In this document: piece after piece, positions 12,101 through 26,100 of the stretch
Numbering within the stretch: the first letter of the stretch is position 1
How the letters are laid out: each line of letters opens with the position of its first letter
Assembly: GCF_964194155.1 (NCBI RefSeq)
Contig: NW_027596458.1
Location: 186,001 to 250,000, forward strand
From: Cetorhinus maximus
Taxonomy: Eukaryota
Reading direction: 5' to 3'
DNA: 64,000 nt
The notes under the pieces: generated by a model
The model's input: the letters and a program-made list of their open reading frames with translations, nothing else
Database searches by the model: none
What the model was told of the DNA's origin: nothing
Position numbers and translations under genes: made by a program

Positions 12101-15100
12101 CCTCTCTGTTTCGTCAGCTCTCTCTCCATCTTGTCAGCTGTCTCTCCGTCTCGTCCACTCCCTCTCCATCTCGTCAACTCCCTCTCCTCGTCAACTCTCT
12201 CTCCGTCTCGTCAACTCCCTCACCGCCTCGTCAACTCTCTCTCCGTCTCGTCAACTCCTTCCCCGTCTTGTCAACTCCCTCTCCATCTCGTCAACTCCCT
12301 CTCTGTCTCGTAAGCTCTCTCTCCGTCTCGTCAGCTCTCTCTCCGTCTCGTCAACTCCCTCCCCATCTCGTCAGCTCCCTCCCCGTCTCGTCAGCTCCCT
12401 CTCCATCTCGTCAACTCCCTCTCCATCTCGTCAACTCCCTCTCCGTCTCGTCAACTCCCTTTCTGTCTCATCAACTACCTCTCCGTCTCGTCAGGTCCCT
12501 CTCCGTCTCGTCAATTCTCTCTCCGTCACGTCAACTCCCTCTCCGTCTCGTCAACTCCCTCTCCGCCTCGTCAACTCTCAATCCGTCTCGTCATCTCTCT
12601 CCCCGTCTCGTCAACTCCCTCTCTGTTTCGTCAGCTCTCTCTCCATCTCGTCAGCTGTCTCTCCATCTCGTCAACTCCCTCTCCTTCTCGTCAACTCCCT
12701 CTCCTCGTCAACTCTCTCTCCATCTCATCAACTCCCTCACCGCCTCGTCAACTCTCTCTCCGTCTCGTCAACTCCTACCCCGTCTCGTCAACTCCCTCTC
12801 TGTCTCGTCAGCTCTCTCTCCGTCTCGTCAGCTCTCTCTCGACCTCGTCAACTCTCTCTCGATCTCGTCAACTCTCTCTCCGTCTCGTCGACTCCCTCTC
12901 CACCTCGTCAACTCCCTCTCCGTGTCGTCAACTCCCTCTCCGTGTCCTCAACTCCTTCCCCGTCTCGTCAACTCCCTATCCGCCTCGTCAACTCCCTCTC
13001 CTCGTCAGCTGTCTCTCCGTCTCGTCAACTCTCTCTCCATCTCGTCAGCTGTCTCCCCATCTCGTCAGCTTTCTCTCCGTCTCGTCAACTCTCTCTCCGT
13101 CTCGTCAATGCCCTCTCCATCTCGTCAACTCCCTCTCCTCATCAACTCTCTCTCCGTCTCGTCAACTGCCTCACCGCCTCGTCAACTCTCTCTCCGTCTC
13201 GTCAACTCCTTCCCCGTCTCGTCAACTCCCTCTCCGTCTAGTCAGCTCTCTCTCCGTCTAGTCAGCTCTCTCTCCGTCTCGTCAGCTCTCGCTCCGTCTC
13301 GTCAGCTCTCTCTCCGTCTCGTCAGCTCTCTCTCCGTCTCGTCAGCTCTCTCTCCGTCTCATCAGCTCTCTCTCCATCTTGTCAACTCTCTCTCCGTCTC
13401 GCCAGCTCTCTCTCCGTCTTGTCAGCTACCTCCCCATCTCATCAGCTCTCTCTCCATCACGTCAGCTCTCCCTCCATCTCGTCAACTCTCTCTCCGTCTC
13501 GTCAACTCCCTCTCCATCTCGTCAGCTCCCCCTCCATCTCGTCAACTCCCTCTCCGTCTCGTCAACTCTCTCTCCATCTCGTCAGCTCTCTCTCCATCTC
13601 GACAGCTCTCTCTCCATCTCGTCAGCTCTCCCTCCATCTCGTCAAATCCCTCCCCATCTCGTCAGCTCTCCCTCCGTCTCGTCAAACCCTCCCCATCTCG
13701 TCAGCTCCCCCTCCATCTCGTCAACTCTCTCCCCGTCTCGTCAGCTCCCTCTCCATCTCGTCAACTCTCTCTCCGTCTCGTCAACTCTCTCTCCGTCTCG
13801 TCAACTCTCTCTCCGTCTCGTCAACTCCCTCTCTGTCTCGTCAACTCCCTCTCCGTCTCGTCAGGTCCCTCTCCGTCTCGTCAACTCTCTCTCCGTCACG
13901 TCAACTCCCTCTCCGTCTCGTCAACTCCCTCTCCGTCTCGTCAACTCCCTCTCCGCCTCGTCAACTCTCAATCCGTCTCGTCAGCTCTCTCCCCGTCTCG
14001 TCAACTCCCTCTCTGTTTCGTCAGCTCTCTCTCCATCTTGTCAGCTGTCTCTCCGTCTCGTCCACTCCCTCTCCATCTCGTCAACTCCCTCTCCATCTCG
14101 TCAACTCTCTCTCCGTCTCGTCAACTCCCTCACCGCCTCGTCAACTCTCTCTCCGTCTCGTCAACTCCTTCCCCGTCTTGTCAACTCCCTCTCCATCTCG
14201 TCAACTCCCTCTCTGTCTCGTAAGCTCTCTCTCCGTCTCGTCAGCTCTCTCTCCGTCTCGTCAACTCCCTCCCCATCTCGTCAGCTCCCTCCCCGTCTCG
14301 TCAGCTCCCTCTCCATCTCGTCAACTCCCTCTCCGTCTCGTCAACTCCCTCTCCATCTCGTCAACTCCCTTTCTGTCTCATCAACTACCTCTCCGTCTCG
14401 TCAGGTCCCTCTCCGTCTCGTCAATTCTCTCTCCGTCACGTCAACTCCCTCTCCGTCTCGTCAACTCCCTCTCCGCCTCGTCAACTCTCAATCCGTCTCG
14501 TCATCTCTCTCCCCGTCTCGTCAACTCCCTCTCTGTTTCGTCAGCTCTCTCTCCATCTCGTCAGCTGTCTCTCCATCTCGTCAACTCCCTCTCCTTCTCG
14601 TCAACTCCCTCTCCTCGTCAACTCTCTCTCCATCTCATCAACTCCCTCACCGCCTCGTCAACTCTCTCTCCGTCTCGTCAACTCCTACCCCGTCTCGTCA
14701 ACTCCCTCTCTGTCTCGTCAGCTCTCTCTCCGTCTCGTCAGCTCTCTCTCGACCTCGTCAACTCTCTCTCGACCTCGTCAACTCTCTCTCCGTCTCGTCG
14801 ACTCCCTCTCCACCTCGTCAACTCCCTCTCCGTGTCGTCAACTCCCTCTCCGTGTCCTCAACTCCTTCCCCGTCTCGTCAACTCCCTATCCGCCTCGTCA
14901 ACTCCCTCTCCTCGTCAGCTGTCTCTCCGTTTCGTCAACTCTCTCTCCCTCTCGTCAGCTGTCTCCCCATCTCGTCAGCTTTCTCTCCGTCTCGTCAACT
15001 CTCTCTCCGTCTCGTCAACGCCCTCTCCATCTCGTCAACTCCCTCTCCTCATCAACTCTCTCTCCGTCTCGTCAACTGCCTCACCGCCTCGTCAACTCTC

Positions 15101-17144
15101 TCTCCGTCTCGTCAACTCCTTCCCCGTCTCGTCAACTCCCTCTCCGTCTAGTCAGCTCTCTCTCCGTCTAGTCAGCTCTCTCTCCGTCTCGTCAGCTCTC
15201 TCTCCGTCTCGTCAGCTCTCTCTCCGTCTCGTCAGCTCTCTCTCCGTCTCGTCAGCTCTCTCTCCATCTCGTCAGCTCTCTCTCCGTCTCGTCAGCTCTC
15301 TCTCGACCTCGTCAACTCTCTCTCGACCTCGTCAACTCTCTCTCCATCTGGTCAACTCCCTCTCTCTCTCGCCAGCTCTCCCTCCGTCTCATCAGCTCTC
15401 TCTCCATCTCGTCAGCTCTGTCTCCATCTCGTCAGCTCTCCCTCCGTCTCGTCAGCTCCCTCTCCATCTCGTCAGCTCTCTCCCCGTCTCGTCAACTCCC
15501 TCTCCGTCTCGTCAGCTCTCTCTCCATCTCGTCAACTCCCTCCCCATCTCGTCAACTCCCCATCTCGTCAACTCCCTCCCCAACTCGTCAGCTCTCTCTC
15601 CGTCTCATCAACTCCCTCTCCATCTCGTCAACTCCCTCTCCATCTCATCAACTCCCTCCCCATCTTGTTAACTCTCTCTCCGTCTCACCAGCTCTCCCTC
15701 CATCTCATCAGCTCTCTCTCCATCTTGTCAACTCTCTCTCCGTCTCGCCAGCTCTCTCTCCGTCTTGTCAGCTACCTCCCCATCTCATCAGCTCTCTCTC
15801 CATCATGTCAGCTCTCCCTCCATCTCGTCAACTCTCTCTCCGTCTCGTCAACTCCCTCTCCATCTCGTCAGCTCCCCCTCCATCTCGTCAACTCCCTCTC
15901 CGTCTCGTCAACTCCCTCCCCGTCTCGCCAGCTCTCTCTCCGTCTCGCCAGCTCTCCCTCCGTCTCATCAGCTCTCTCTCCATCTCGTCAGCTCTCCCTC
16001 CGTCTCGTCAACTCCGTCCCCATCTCGTCAGCTCTCTCTCCGTCTCGCCAACTCCCTCTCTGTCTCGTCAGCTCTCTCTCCATCTCGTCAGCTCCCCCTC
16101 CATCTCGTCAACTCCCTCTCCGTCTCGTCAACTCCCTCCCCATCTCATCAGCTCTCTCTCCGTCTCGTCAGCTCTCTCTCCATCTCGTCAGCTCTCTCTC
16201 CATCTCGTCAGCTCTCTCTCCATCTCGTCAGCTCTCCCTCCATCTCGTCAAATCCCTCCCCATCTCGTCAGCTCTCCCTCCGTCTCGTCAAATCCTTCCC
16301 CATCTCGTCAGCTCCCCCTCCATCTCGTCAACTCCCTCTCCGTCTCGTCAACTCCCTCCCATCTCGTCAGCTCTCCCTCCGTCTCGCCAGCTCTCCCTCT
16401 GTCTCAGCAGCTCTCTCTCCATCTCGTCAGCTCTCCCTCCGTCTCGTCAAATCCCTCCCCATCTCGTCAGCTCTCCCTCCATCTTGCCAACTCACTCTCC
16501 ATCTCGTCACCTCCTTCTCCATCTCGTCAACTCCCTCTCCATCTTGTCAACTCCTTCTCCATCTTGTCAACTCCCTCCCCATCTCGTCAGCTCTCTCACC
16601 GTCTCATCAGCTCTCTCACCGTCTCATCAGCTCTCTCTCCGTCTCGCCAGCTCTCTCTCCATCTCGTCAGCTCTCCCTCCGTCTCGTCAAATCCCTCCCC
16701 ATCTCGTCAGCTCTCTCTCCATCTCGCCAGCTCTCCCTCCGTCTCAGCAGCTCTCTCTCCATCTCATCAGCTCTCCCTCCATCTCGTCAAATCCCTCCCC
16801 ATCTCGTCAGCTCTCCCTCCGTCTCGTCAAATCCCTCCCCATCTCGTCAGCTCTCTCTCCGTCTCGCCAGTCTCCCTCCGTCTCAGCAGCTCTCTCTCCA
16901 TCTCGTCAGCTCTCCCTCCGTCTCGTCAAATCCCTCCCCATCTCGTGAGCTCTCTCTCCATCTCGTCAGCTCTCCCTCCGTCTTGCCAACTCACTCTCCA
17001 TCTCGTCACCTCCTTCTCCGTCTCGTCAACTCCCTCTCCATCTTGTCAACTCCTTCTCCATCTTGTCAACTCCCTCCCCATCTCGTCAGCTCTCTCACCG
17101 TCTCATCTGCTCTCTCTCCGTCTCGTCTGCTCTCTCTTCGTCAG
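176..17144. repeat. Minisatellite A: 20-bp unit CTCGTCA(A/G)CTC(C/T)CTCTCC(G/A)T, roughly 850 copies, with 17-bp deletion variants
   Basis: Continuous tandem array. The 20-aa periodicity of the spurious ORFs (SSTPSPSRQLPLRLVNSLSV) equals 3 x 20 bp. The plus strand is pyrimidine-rich. Copy number is length divided by unit size. Confidence 0.97.
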
Positions 17145-20100
17145 GGTACGGGACACCCGAGCAGTGTCAGGGTACCAAAACCCTTGGGCTGTATCGGGGT
17201 ATGGGACACACGGGCAATGTCGGGGTATGGGACACATGGGCAGTGTCAGGGTACGGGGCACAAGGGCAATTTCAGTGTACGGGACACACGGGCAGTGTCA
17301 GGGTACATGGCAAACGGGCAGTGTCGGTGCACATGGCACACGGACAGTGTCGGGGTACACGGCACACGGGCAGTGTCGGGGTACGGGACACACGGGCAAT
17401 GTCGGGGTATGGGACACACGGGCAGTGTCGGGGTATGGGACACACGGGCAGTGTCGGGGTACGGGCACACGGGCAGTGTCGGGGTACGGGACACATGGGC
17501 TGTGTTGGGGTAAGGGACACATGGACAGTGTGTGGTTACGGAGACCATTGGTAAGTGTCGGGTAGCCAGCACACGGGCAATTTCAGGGTACGGGACACAC
17601 GGGCAGTGTCGGGATATGGGGCAGACAGGCAGTGTCGTGATACGGTGTACCCGGGCAGTGTCGGTGTACGAGGCTCTCTGGTGGTGTCAGGGTACGGGGC
17701 ACATGGGCATTGTCGGGTTGTAGGTCACAGAGGCAGTTTCGGGGTATGTGTCTCCCGGGCAGTGTCGGACTACAGGGCAGACAGGCAGTGTTGGGGTACG
17801 GGGCAGACAGGCAGTATCGGGTTGTGGGCCATACGGTCAGTGTCGGGGTACGGGGCACATGGGCAGTGTCGGTGTACAGGGCACACGGACAGTGTCGGGG
17901 TACACGGGCAGTAGCGGGGTATGGGGCACACGGGCAGTATTGGGGTGTGGGACACATGGGTAGTGTCAGGGTACAGGGCACCCGGTCAGTGTTGGGGTAC
18001 ATGGCACACAGGCAGTGTCGGGGTAGAGGGAAAAGCGGGCAGTGTCGGGGTAGGGGGAAAAGTGGGCAGTGTCGGGGTACATGGCACACGGGCAGTGTTA
18101 GGGTACATGGCACATGGACAATGTCGGGGTACTGGACACACAGGCAGTGTCAGGGTACGCGGTACAGTGGGCAGTTTCGGGGTACGGGACACACGGGCAG
18201 TGTTGGGTTGTAGGTCACAGGGGCAGTTTCGGGATACGTGTCTCCCGGGCAGTGTCGGGGTACGAGGGTCTCTGGCAGTGTCATGGTACGGGGCACACGG
18301 GCAGTGTTGGGTTGTGGGCCATATGGTCAGTGTCAGGGTACGGGGCATATGGACAGTGTTGGGGTACTGTCGGGCTACGGGACACACGAGAAGTGTCGGT
18401 GTACGGGGCACACGGGCAGTGTCGGGGTACGTGGCACCCGGGCAGTCTTGGGGCACCCGGGCAGTGTCGGGGTACAGGGCACACAAGCAGTGTTGAAGTA
18501 TGGGGCACACACGGGCAGTGTTGGGGTACAGGACACACGGCCAGTGTCGGGGTACGTGGCACATGGGCAGTGTCGGGGTATGGGGCACATGGGCAATGTA
18601 GGGGTACGGGGCACACGGGCAGTGTTGTGGAACGGGGCACATGGGCAGTGTCGGGGTTTGGGGCACATGGGCAATGTAGGGGTACGGGGCACACGGGCAG
18701 TATCGGGGTATGGGGCACATGGGCAGTAGTGGGGTACAGGACACACGGGCAATGTCGGGGTATGGGACACACGGGCAATGTCGGGGTATGGGACACATGG
18801 GCAGTATCGGGGTATGGGGCACATGGGCAGTATCAGGGTATGAGACACACTGGCAATGTCGTGGTATGAGACACACGGGCAATGTCGGGGTACAGGGCAC
18901 ACGGGCAATGTCGGGGAATATGGCACACGGGCAGTGTCGGGGTACATGGCACACGGGCAGCGTCGGGGTAAATGGCACACAGGCAATGTCGGGGTACGGG
19001 GCACACGGGCAATATCTGAGTACGGGACACATGGACATTGTGTGGGTGTGGAGACCGTAGAGAAGTGTCGGGTACGGGGCACACAGGCAATTTCAGGGTA
19101 CGGGGCACACGGGCAGTGTCGGGGTACAGGACACACGGGCAATGTCGGGGTACGGGGCTAACGGGCAGTGTCGGGGTACACGGCGCAACGGGCAGTGTCG
19201 GGGTACAGGGCACACGGGCAGTGTCAGGGCACGGGGCACATGGACAGTGTCACGTTACGGGACACATGGGCAGTGTCGGGGTACGGGACACACGGGCAGT
19301 GTCAGGGTACGGGCAGTGTCAGGGTACGGGGCACACAGACAGTGTCGGGGTACGGGGCACATGGACAGTGTCGGGGTATGGGACACATGGGCAGTGTCGG
19401 GGTACGGGGCACATGGACAGTGTCACGTTATGGGACACATGGGCAGTGTCGGGGTACGGGACACACGGGCAGTGTCAGGGTACGGGGCACATGGACAGTG
19501 TCGGGGTATGGGACACACGGGCAGTGTTGGGGTACGGGGCACATGGAGAGTGTCGGGGTACGGGACACGCGGGCAGTGTCGAGGTGCAGGGCACATGGAC
19601 AGTGTCGGGGTACGGGGCACACGGGCAGTGTCGGGGTACGGGACACACGGGCAGTGTCGGGGTAAGGGACACATGGGCAGTGTCGGGGTGTAGGTCACAG
19701 GGGCAGTTTTGAGGTACGTGGCTCCTGGGCAGTGTCGGAGTATGGGGCAGACAGGCAGTGTTGGGGTACGGGGCAGACAGGCAGTGTCGTGGTACCGGGT
19801 ACCCGGGCAGTGTCGGTATACGAGGCTCTCTGGCAGTGTTGGGGTATGGGGAACACAGGCAGTGTCGGGTTGTGGGCCATACGGTTAGTGTCGTGGTACG
19901 GGGCACACGGGCAGTGTTGGGGTATAGGGCACACGGGCAGTGTCAGGATACGGGGCACATGGACAGTGTCGGGGTACGGGGCACATGGTCAGTGTCGGGG
20001 TACGGGGCACAACGGGCAGTGTCGGGGTACGGGGCTCACGGGCAGTGTCGGTGTACATGGCACTCGGGCAGTGTCGGGGTACGGGGCACATGGTCAGTGT

Positions 20101-23100
20101 CGGGGTACGGGGCACAACGGGCAGTGTCGGGGTACGGGGCTCACGGGCAGTGTCGGTGTACATGGCACTCGGGCAGTGTCGGGGTACGGGGCACACGGGC
20201 AGTGTCGGGGTATGGGGCACATGGGCAGTGTTGGAGTATGGGGCACACGGGCAGTATCGGAGTATGGGGCACACGGGCAGTGTCGGGGTATGGGGCACTC
20301 GGGCAGTGTCGGGGTATGGGGCACATGGGCAGTGTCGGGGTACATGGCACTCGGGCAGTGTCGGGGTACAGGGCACACGGGCAGTGTCGGGGTATGGGCC
20401 ACATGGGCAATGTAGGGGTACATGGCACATGGGCAGAGTTGCGGAACGGGGCACACGGGCAGTGTCAGGGTACAGGAAACATGGGCAGCGTCGAGGTACG
20501 GGACACATGGGCAGTGTCGGGGTATGGGACACATGGGCAGTGTTGCAGAACGGGGCACACGGGCAGTCTCCGGGTATGGGGCACACGGGGGCAATGTCGG
20601 TGTACGGGGCACATGGGCAGTATCGGGGTATGGGGCACATGGGCAGTATTGGGGTACGGGACACACGGGCAATGTCGGGGTATGGGGCACATGGGAAGTC
20701 TCGGGGCAGCCGGGCAGTGTTGGGGTACGGGGCGCACAGGCAGTGTCGGGGTACGGGGCACACGGGCAGTGTCGTGGTATGGGGCACACGGTCAGTGTTG
20801 CGGAACGGGGCACACGGGCAATTTCGGGGTATGGGGCACATAGGCAGTATCGGCGTATGGGGCACATGGGCAGTATTGGGGTACGGGACACACGGGCAAT
20901 GTCGGGGTTTGGGACACACGGGCAATGTCGGTGTACGGGGCACACGGGCAGTGTTGGGGCACGGGATACACGGCCAGTGTCGGGGTACGGGACACACGGG
21001 CAGTGTTGGGGCACGGGATACACGGGCAGTGTCGGGGTACGGGACACACGGGCAGTGTCGGGGTACGGGACACATGGGCAGTGTTGGGATACGGGACACA
21101 CGGGCAGTGTCAGGGTACTGGACACACGGGCAGTGTCAGGGTACGTGGATCCCGGGCAGTGTCGGGGTACGGGACACACGGACAGTGTTGGAGTACATGG
21201 CACATGGGCAATGTCGGGATACAGGGCACACGGGCAGTGTCGGGGCACGGGACACACGGGCAGTGTCGGGGTACGAGACACACGGGCAATGTCGGGGTAT
21301 GGGGCACATGGGAAGTCTCGGGGCAGCCGGGCAGTGTTGAGGTACGGGGCGCACAGGCAGTGTCATGGTATGGGACACACGGGCAGTGTTGGGATACGGG
21401 ACACACGGGCAGTGTCGGGGTACGGGACACACGGGCAGTGTCGGGGTACGGGACACACGGGTAGTGTCGGTGTACGGGACACACGGGCAGTGTCGGGGCA
21501 CGGGACACACGGGCATTGTCGGGGTCCGCGACACACGGGAATTGTCGGGGTACAGGGCACACCGGCAGTGTCGGGGTACGTGACAGATGGGCAGTGTCAG
21601 GGTACGGGACACACGGGCAGTATCGGGTTATGGGACACACGGGCAGTGTCGGGGTACGGGACACACGGGCAGTGTCGGGGCACGGGACACACGGGCATTG
21701 TCGGGGTCCGCGACACACGGGAATTGTCGGGGTACAGGGCACACCGGCAGTGTCAGGGTACTGGACACACGGGCAGTGTCAGGGTACGTGGATCCCGGGC
21801 AGTGTCGGGGTACGGGACACACGGACAGTGTTGGAGTACATGGCACACGGGCAATGTCGGGATACAGGGCACATGGGCAGTGTAAGGGCACACGGGCAGT
21901 GTCGGGGCACGGGACACACGGGCAGTGTCGGGGTACGGGACACACGGGCATTGTCGGGATACAGGGCACACGGGCAGTGTCGGGGCACGGGACACATGGG
22001 CAGTGTCGGGGTACAGGACACATGGGCATGGTCGGGGTACGGGACACACGGGCATTGTCGGGTTGTAGGTCAAAGGGGCAGTTTTGTGGTACGTGTCTCC
22101 CGGGCAGTGTCGGATAACAGGGCAGACAGGCAGTGTTGGGGTATGGGGCAGACAGGCAGTGTTGGGGTACAGGGCAGACAGGCAGTGTTGTGGTACAAGG
22201 CTCTTTGGCAGTGTCAGAATACGGGGCACATGGGCAGTGTCGGGGTACGAGGCTGCCTGGCAGTGTTGGGGCACGGGGCAGACACACGGGCAATGTCGGG
22301 GTACAGGGCACGTGGGCAGTATCGGGGTATGGGGCACATGGGCAGTATTGGTGTATGGGGCACATGGGCAGTGTCGGAGTAAGGGGCACATGGGCAGTAT
22401 CAGGGTACAGGACACACGGGGGCAATGTCGGTGTACGGGGCACATGGGCAGTATTGGGGGAAGAGGGACATGGGCAGTGTCGGAGTATGGGGCACATGGG
22501 CAGTATTGGGGTATGGGGCACATGGGCAGTATTGGGGTACAGGGCACGTGGGCAGTATTGGGGTATGGGGCACACGTGCAGTGTCAGGCTACATAGCACA
22601 TGGGCAGCGTCAGGGTGCGGGGCACATGGACAGTGTCGGGGTACGGGGCACACAGGCAGTGTCGGGGTACGGGGCACACAGGCAGTGTCGGGGTACGGGG
22701 CACACGGCCAGTGTTGGGGTACATGGCACTCGGGCAGTGTTGGAGTATGGGACACACGGGCAATGTCGGGGTATGGGACACACGGGCAATTTCAGTGTAT
22801 GGGACACATGGGCAATGTCGGGGTATGGGACACACGGGCAATTTCAGTGTATGGGACACACGGGCAGTGTCGGGGTACGGGACACACGGGCAGTGTCGGG
22901 GTATGGGACACACGGGCAGTGTCACGGTACGGGACACATGGGCAGTGTCGGGGTATGGGACACATGGGCAGTGTCAGGGTACGGGACACATGGGCAGTGT
23001 CAGGGTACGGGACACATGGGCAGTGTCGGGGTACGGGACACAGGGGCTGTGTCGGGGTAAGGGACACATGGACAGTGTGTGGCTATGGAGACCGTTGGGA

Positions 23101-26100
23101 AGTGTTGGGTACGGGGCACACGGGCAATTTCAGGGTACGGGACACACGGGCAGTGTCGGGGTACGGGACACACGGGCATTGTCCGGGTGTAGGACACAGG
23201 GGCAGTTTTGGGGTACGTGGCTCCCGGACACTGTCAGAGTACGGGGCAGACAGGCAGTGTCGGGTGACGGGGCACAAGGGCAGTGTCGGGGTACGAGGCT
23301 GCCTGGCAGTGTTGGTGTACAGGGCAGACAGGCAGTATCGGGTTGTGGGCCATATGGTCAGTGTCGGGGCACAGGGCACACCGGCAGTGTCGGGGTACGG
23401 GACACACGGGCAGTGTCGGGGCACAGGGTACACGGGCAGTGTCGGGGTACGGGACACACGGGCAGTGTTGGGGCACGGGACACACGGGCAGTGTCGGGGT
23501 ACGGGACACATGGGCTGTGTCAGGGTACGGGACACATGGGCATTGTCGGGGTACGGGACACACAGGCATTGTCGGGGTACAGGGCACACAGGCAGTGTCG
23601 GGGTACAGGACATGGGGCATTGTCGGGGTACGGGACAAACGGGCATTGTCGGGCTACAGGGCACACGGGCAGTGTCGGGGTACAGGACACACGGGTATTG
23701 TCAGGGTACGGGACACAGGGCATTGTCGGGGTATGGGACAAACGGGCATTGTCGGGGTACGGGACACACGGGTATTGTCAGGGTATGGGACACACGGGCA
23801 TTGTCGGGGTACATGGCACATGGGCAGTGTCGGGGTACGGGACACATGGGCAGTGTCGGGGTACGTGGATCCCGGGCAGTGTCGGTGTACGGGACACACG
23901 GGCAGTCTCGGGGTACGGGACACACGGGCAGTGTCGGGGTACGGGACACACGTGCATTGACGGGTTGTAGGTCAAAGGGGCAGTTTTGGGGTATGTGGCT
24001 CCCGGGCAGTGTCGGATAACAGGGCAGACAGGCAGTGTTGGGGTACAGGGCAGACAGGCAGTGTTGGGGTACAGGGCAGACAGGCAGTGTCGTGGTACAA
24101 GGCTCTTTGGCAGTGTCAGGATACGGGGCACATGGGCAGTGTCGGGGTACGAGGCTGCTGGCAGTGTTGGGGTACGGGGCAGACAGGCAGTGTCGGGTTA
24201 CTGTCGGCGTATGGGACACACGGGCAGTGTCGGGGTACAGGACACACGGGCAGTGTCGGAGTACGTGGATCCCGGGCAGTGTCGGTGTACGGGAGACATG
24301 GGCAGTGTCGGTTTACGGGACACACGGGCAGTGTCGGTGTACGGGACACACAGGCAGTGTCGGTGTACGGGACACACGGGCAGTGTCGGTGTACGGGACA
24401 CACAGGCAGTGTCGGGGTACGGGACACACGGGCAGTGTCGGGGTACGGGACACACGGGCAGTGTCGGTGTACGGGACACACAGGCAGTGTCGGGGTACGG
24501 GACACACAGGCAGCGTCGGGGTACGGGACACACAGGCAGTGTCGGGGTACGGGACACACGGGCAGTGTCGGGATACGGGACACACGGGCAGTGTCGGGTT
24601 GTGGGCCATATGTTCAGTGTCAGGGCACAGGGCAAACGGACAGTGTCGGAGTACTTTCGGGGTACGGGACACAGGGCAGTGTCGGGGTACGGGACACACG
24701 GGCAGTGTCTGGGTTCGGGACACAAGGGCAGTGTCAGGGTACGGTACACACGGGCAATGTCGGGGTACGGGACAAACGGGCAGTTTCTGGGTACGGGACA
24801 CATGGGCAGTGTCGGGGTATGGGACACATGGGCAGTGTCGGGGTTCGGGACACACGGGCAGTGTCGGGGTATGGGACATACGGGCAGTGTCGGGGAACGG
24901 GAAACATGGGCAGTGTCGGGGTACGGGACACATGGGCAGTGTCGGGGTACGGGACACACGTGCATTGACGGGTTGTAGGTCAAAGGGGCAGTTTTGGGGT
25001 ATGTGGCTCCCGGGCAGTGTCGGATAACAGGGCAGACAGGCAGTGTTGGGGTACAGGGCAGACAGGCAGTGTTGGGGTACAGGGCAGACAGGCAGTGTTG
25101 GGGTATGGGGCAGAGAGGCAGTGTTGGGGTAAAGGGCAGACAGGCAGTGTTGGGGTATGGGGCAGACAGGCAGTTTTGGGGTACATGGCAGACAGGCAGT
25201 GTCCTGGTACAAGGCTCTTTGGCAGTGTCCAGATACGGGGCACATGGGCAGTGTCGGGGTATGAGGCTGCTGGCAGTGTTGGGGTACGGGGCAGACAGGC
25301 AGTGTCGGGTTGTGGGCCATATGGTCAGTGTCGGGGCATGGGGCAAACGGACAGTGTCAGGTTACTGTCGGCGTATGGGACACACGGGCAGTGTAGGGGT
25401 ACGTGGATCCTGGGCAGTGTCGGTGTACGGGAGACACGAGCAGTGTCGGGGTACGGGACACACGGGCAGTGTCGGGGTACGTGGATCCTGGGCAATGTCG
25501 GTGTACGGGACACACAGGCAGTGTCGGGGTACGGGACACATGGGCAGTGTCGGGATATGGGACACACGGGCAGTGTCGGGGTACGGGACACACGGGCAGT
25601 GTCGGGATATGGGACACACGGGCAGTGTCGGGGTACGGGACACATGGGCAGTGTCGGGGTACGGGACACACGGGCAGTGTCGGGTTGTAGGTCAAAGGGG
25701 CAGTTTTGGGGTATGTGGCTCCCGAGCAGTGTCGGATAACAGGGCAGACAGGCAGTGTTGGGGTACATGGCAGCCAGGCAGTGTTGGGGTACAGGGCAGA
25801 CAGGCAGTGTTGGGGTACAGGGCAGACAGGCAGTGTCGTGGTACAAGGCTCTTTGGCAGTGTTGGGATACGGGGCACATGGGAAGTTTCGGGGTACGAGG
25901 CTGCCTGGCAGTGTTGGGGTACGGGGCAGACAGGCAGTGTCCGGTTGTGGGCCATATGGTCAGTGTCAGGGCACAGGGCAAACGGACAGTGTCGGAGTAC
26001 TGTCGGGGTACGGGACACACAGGCATTGTCGGGGTACAGGGCACACAGGCAGTGTCGGGATACGGGACACACGGGCATTGTCGGGGTACGGGACACACGG

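Noticed and set aside
176-17144. Immunoglobulin switch-like region (dense AGCT/AACT AID hotspots, G-rich non-template strand)
   Set aside because: The flanking exons encode a guanylate cyclase, and no Ig exons or recombination signal sequences are visible.
110-17565. Giant Ser/Pro/Leu-rich ORFs of up to 2224 aa on the plus strand
   Set aside because: The 20-bp unit has no stop in any plus-strand frame, so all three frames are open and give the same permuted peptide. They lie antisense within an intron.
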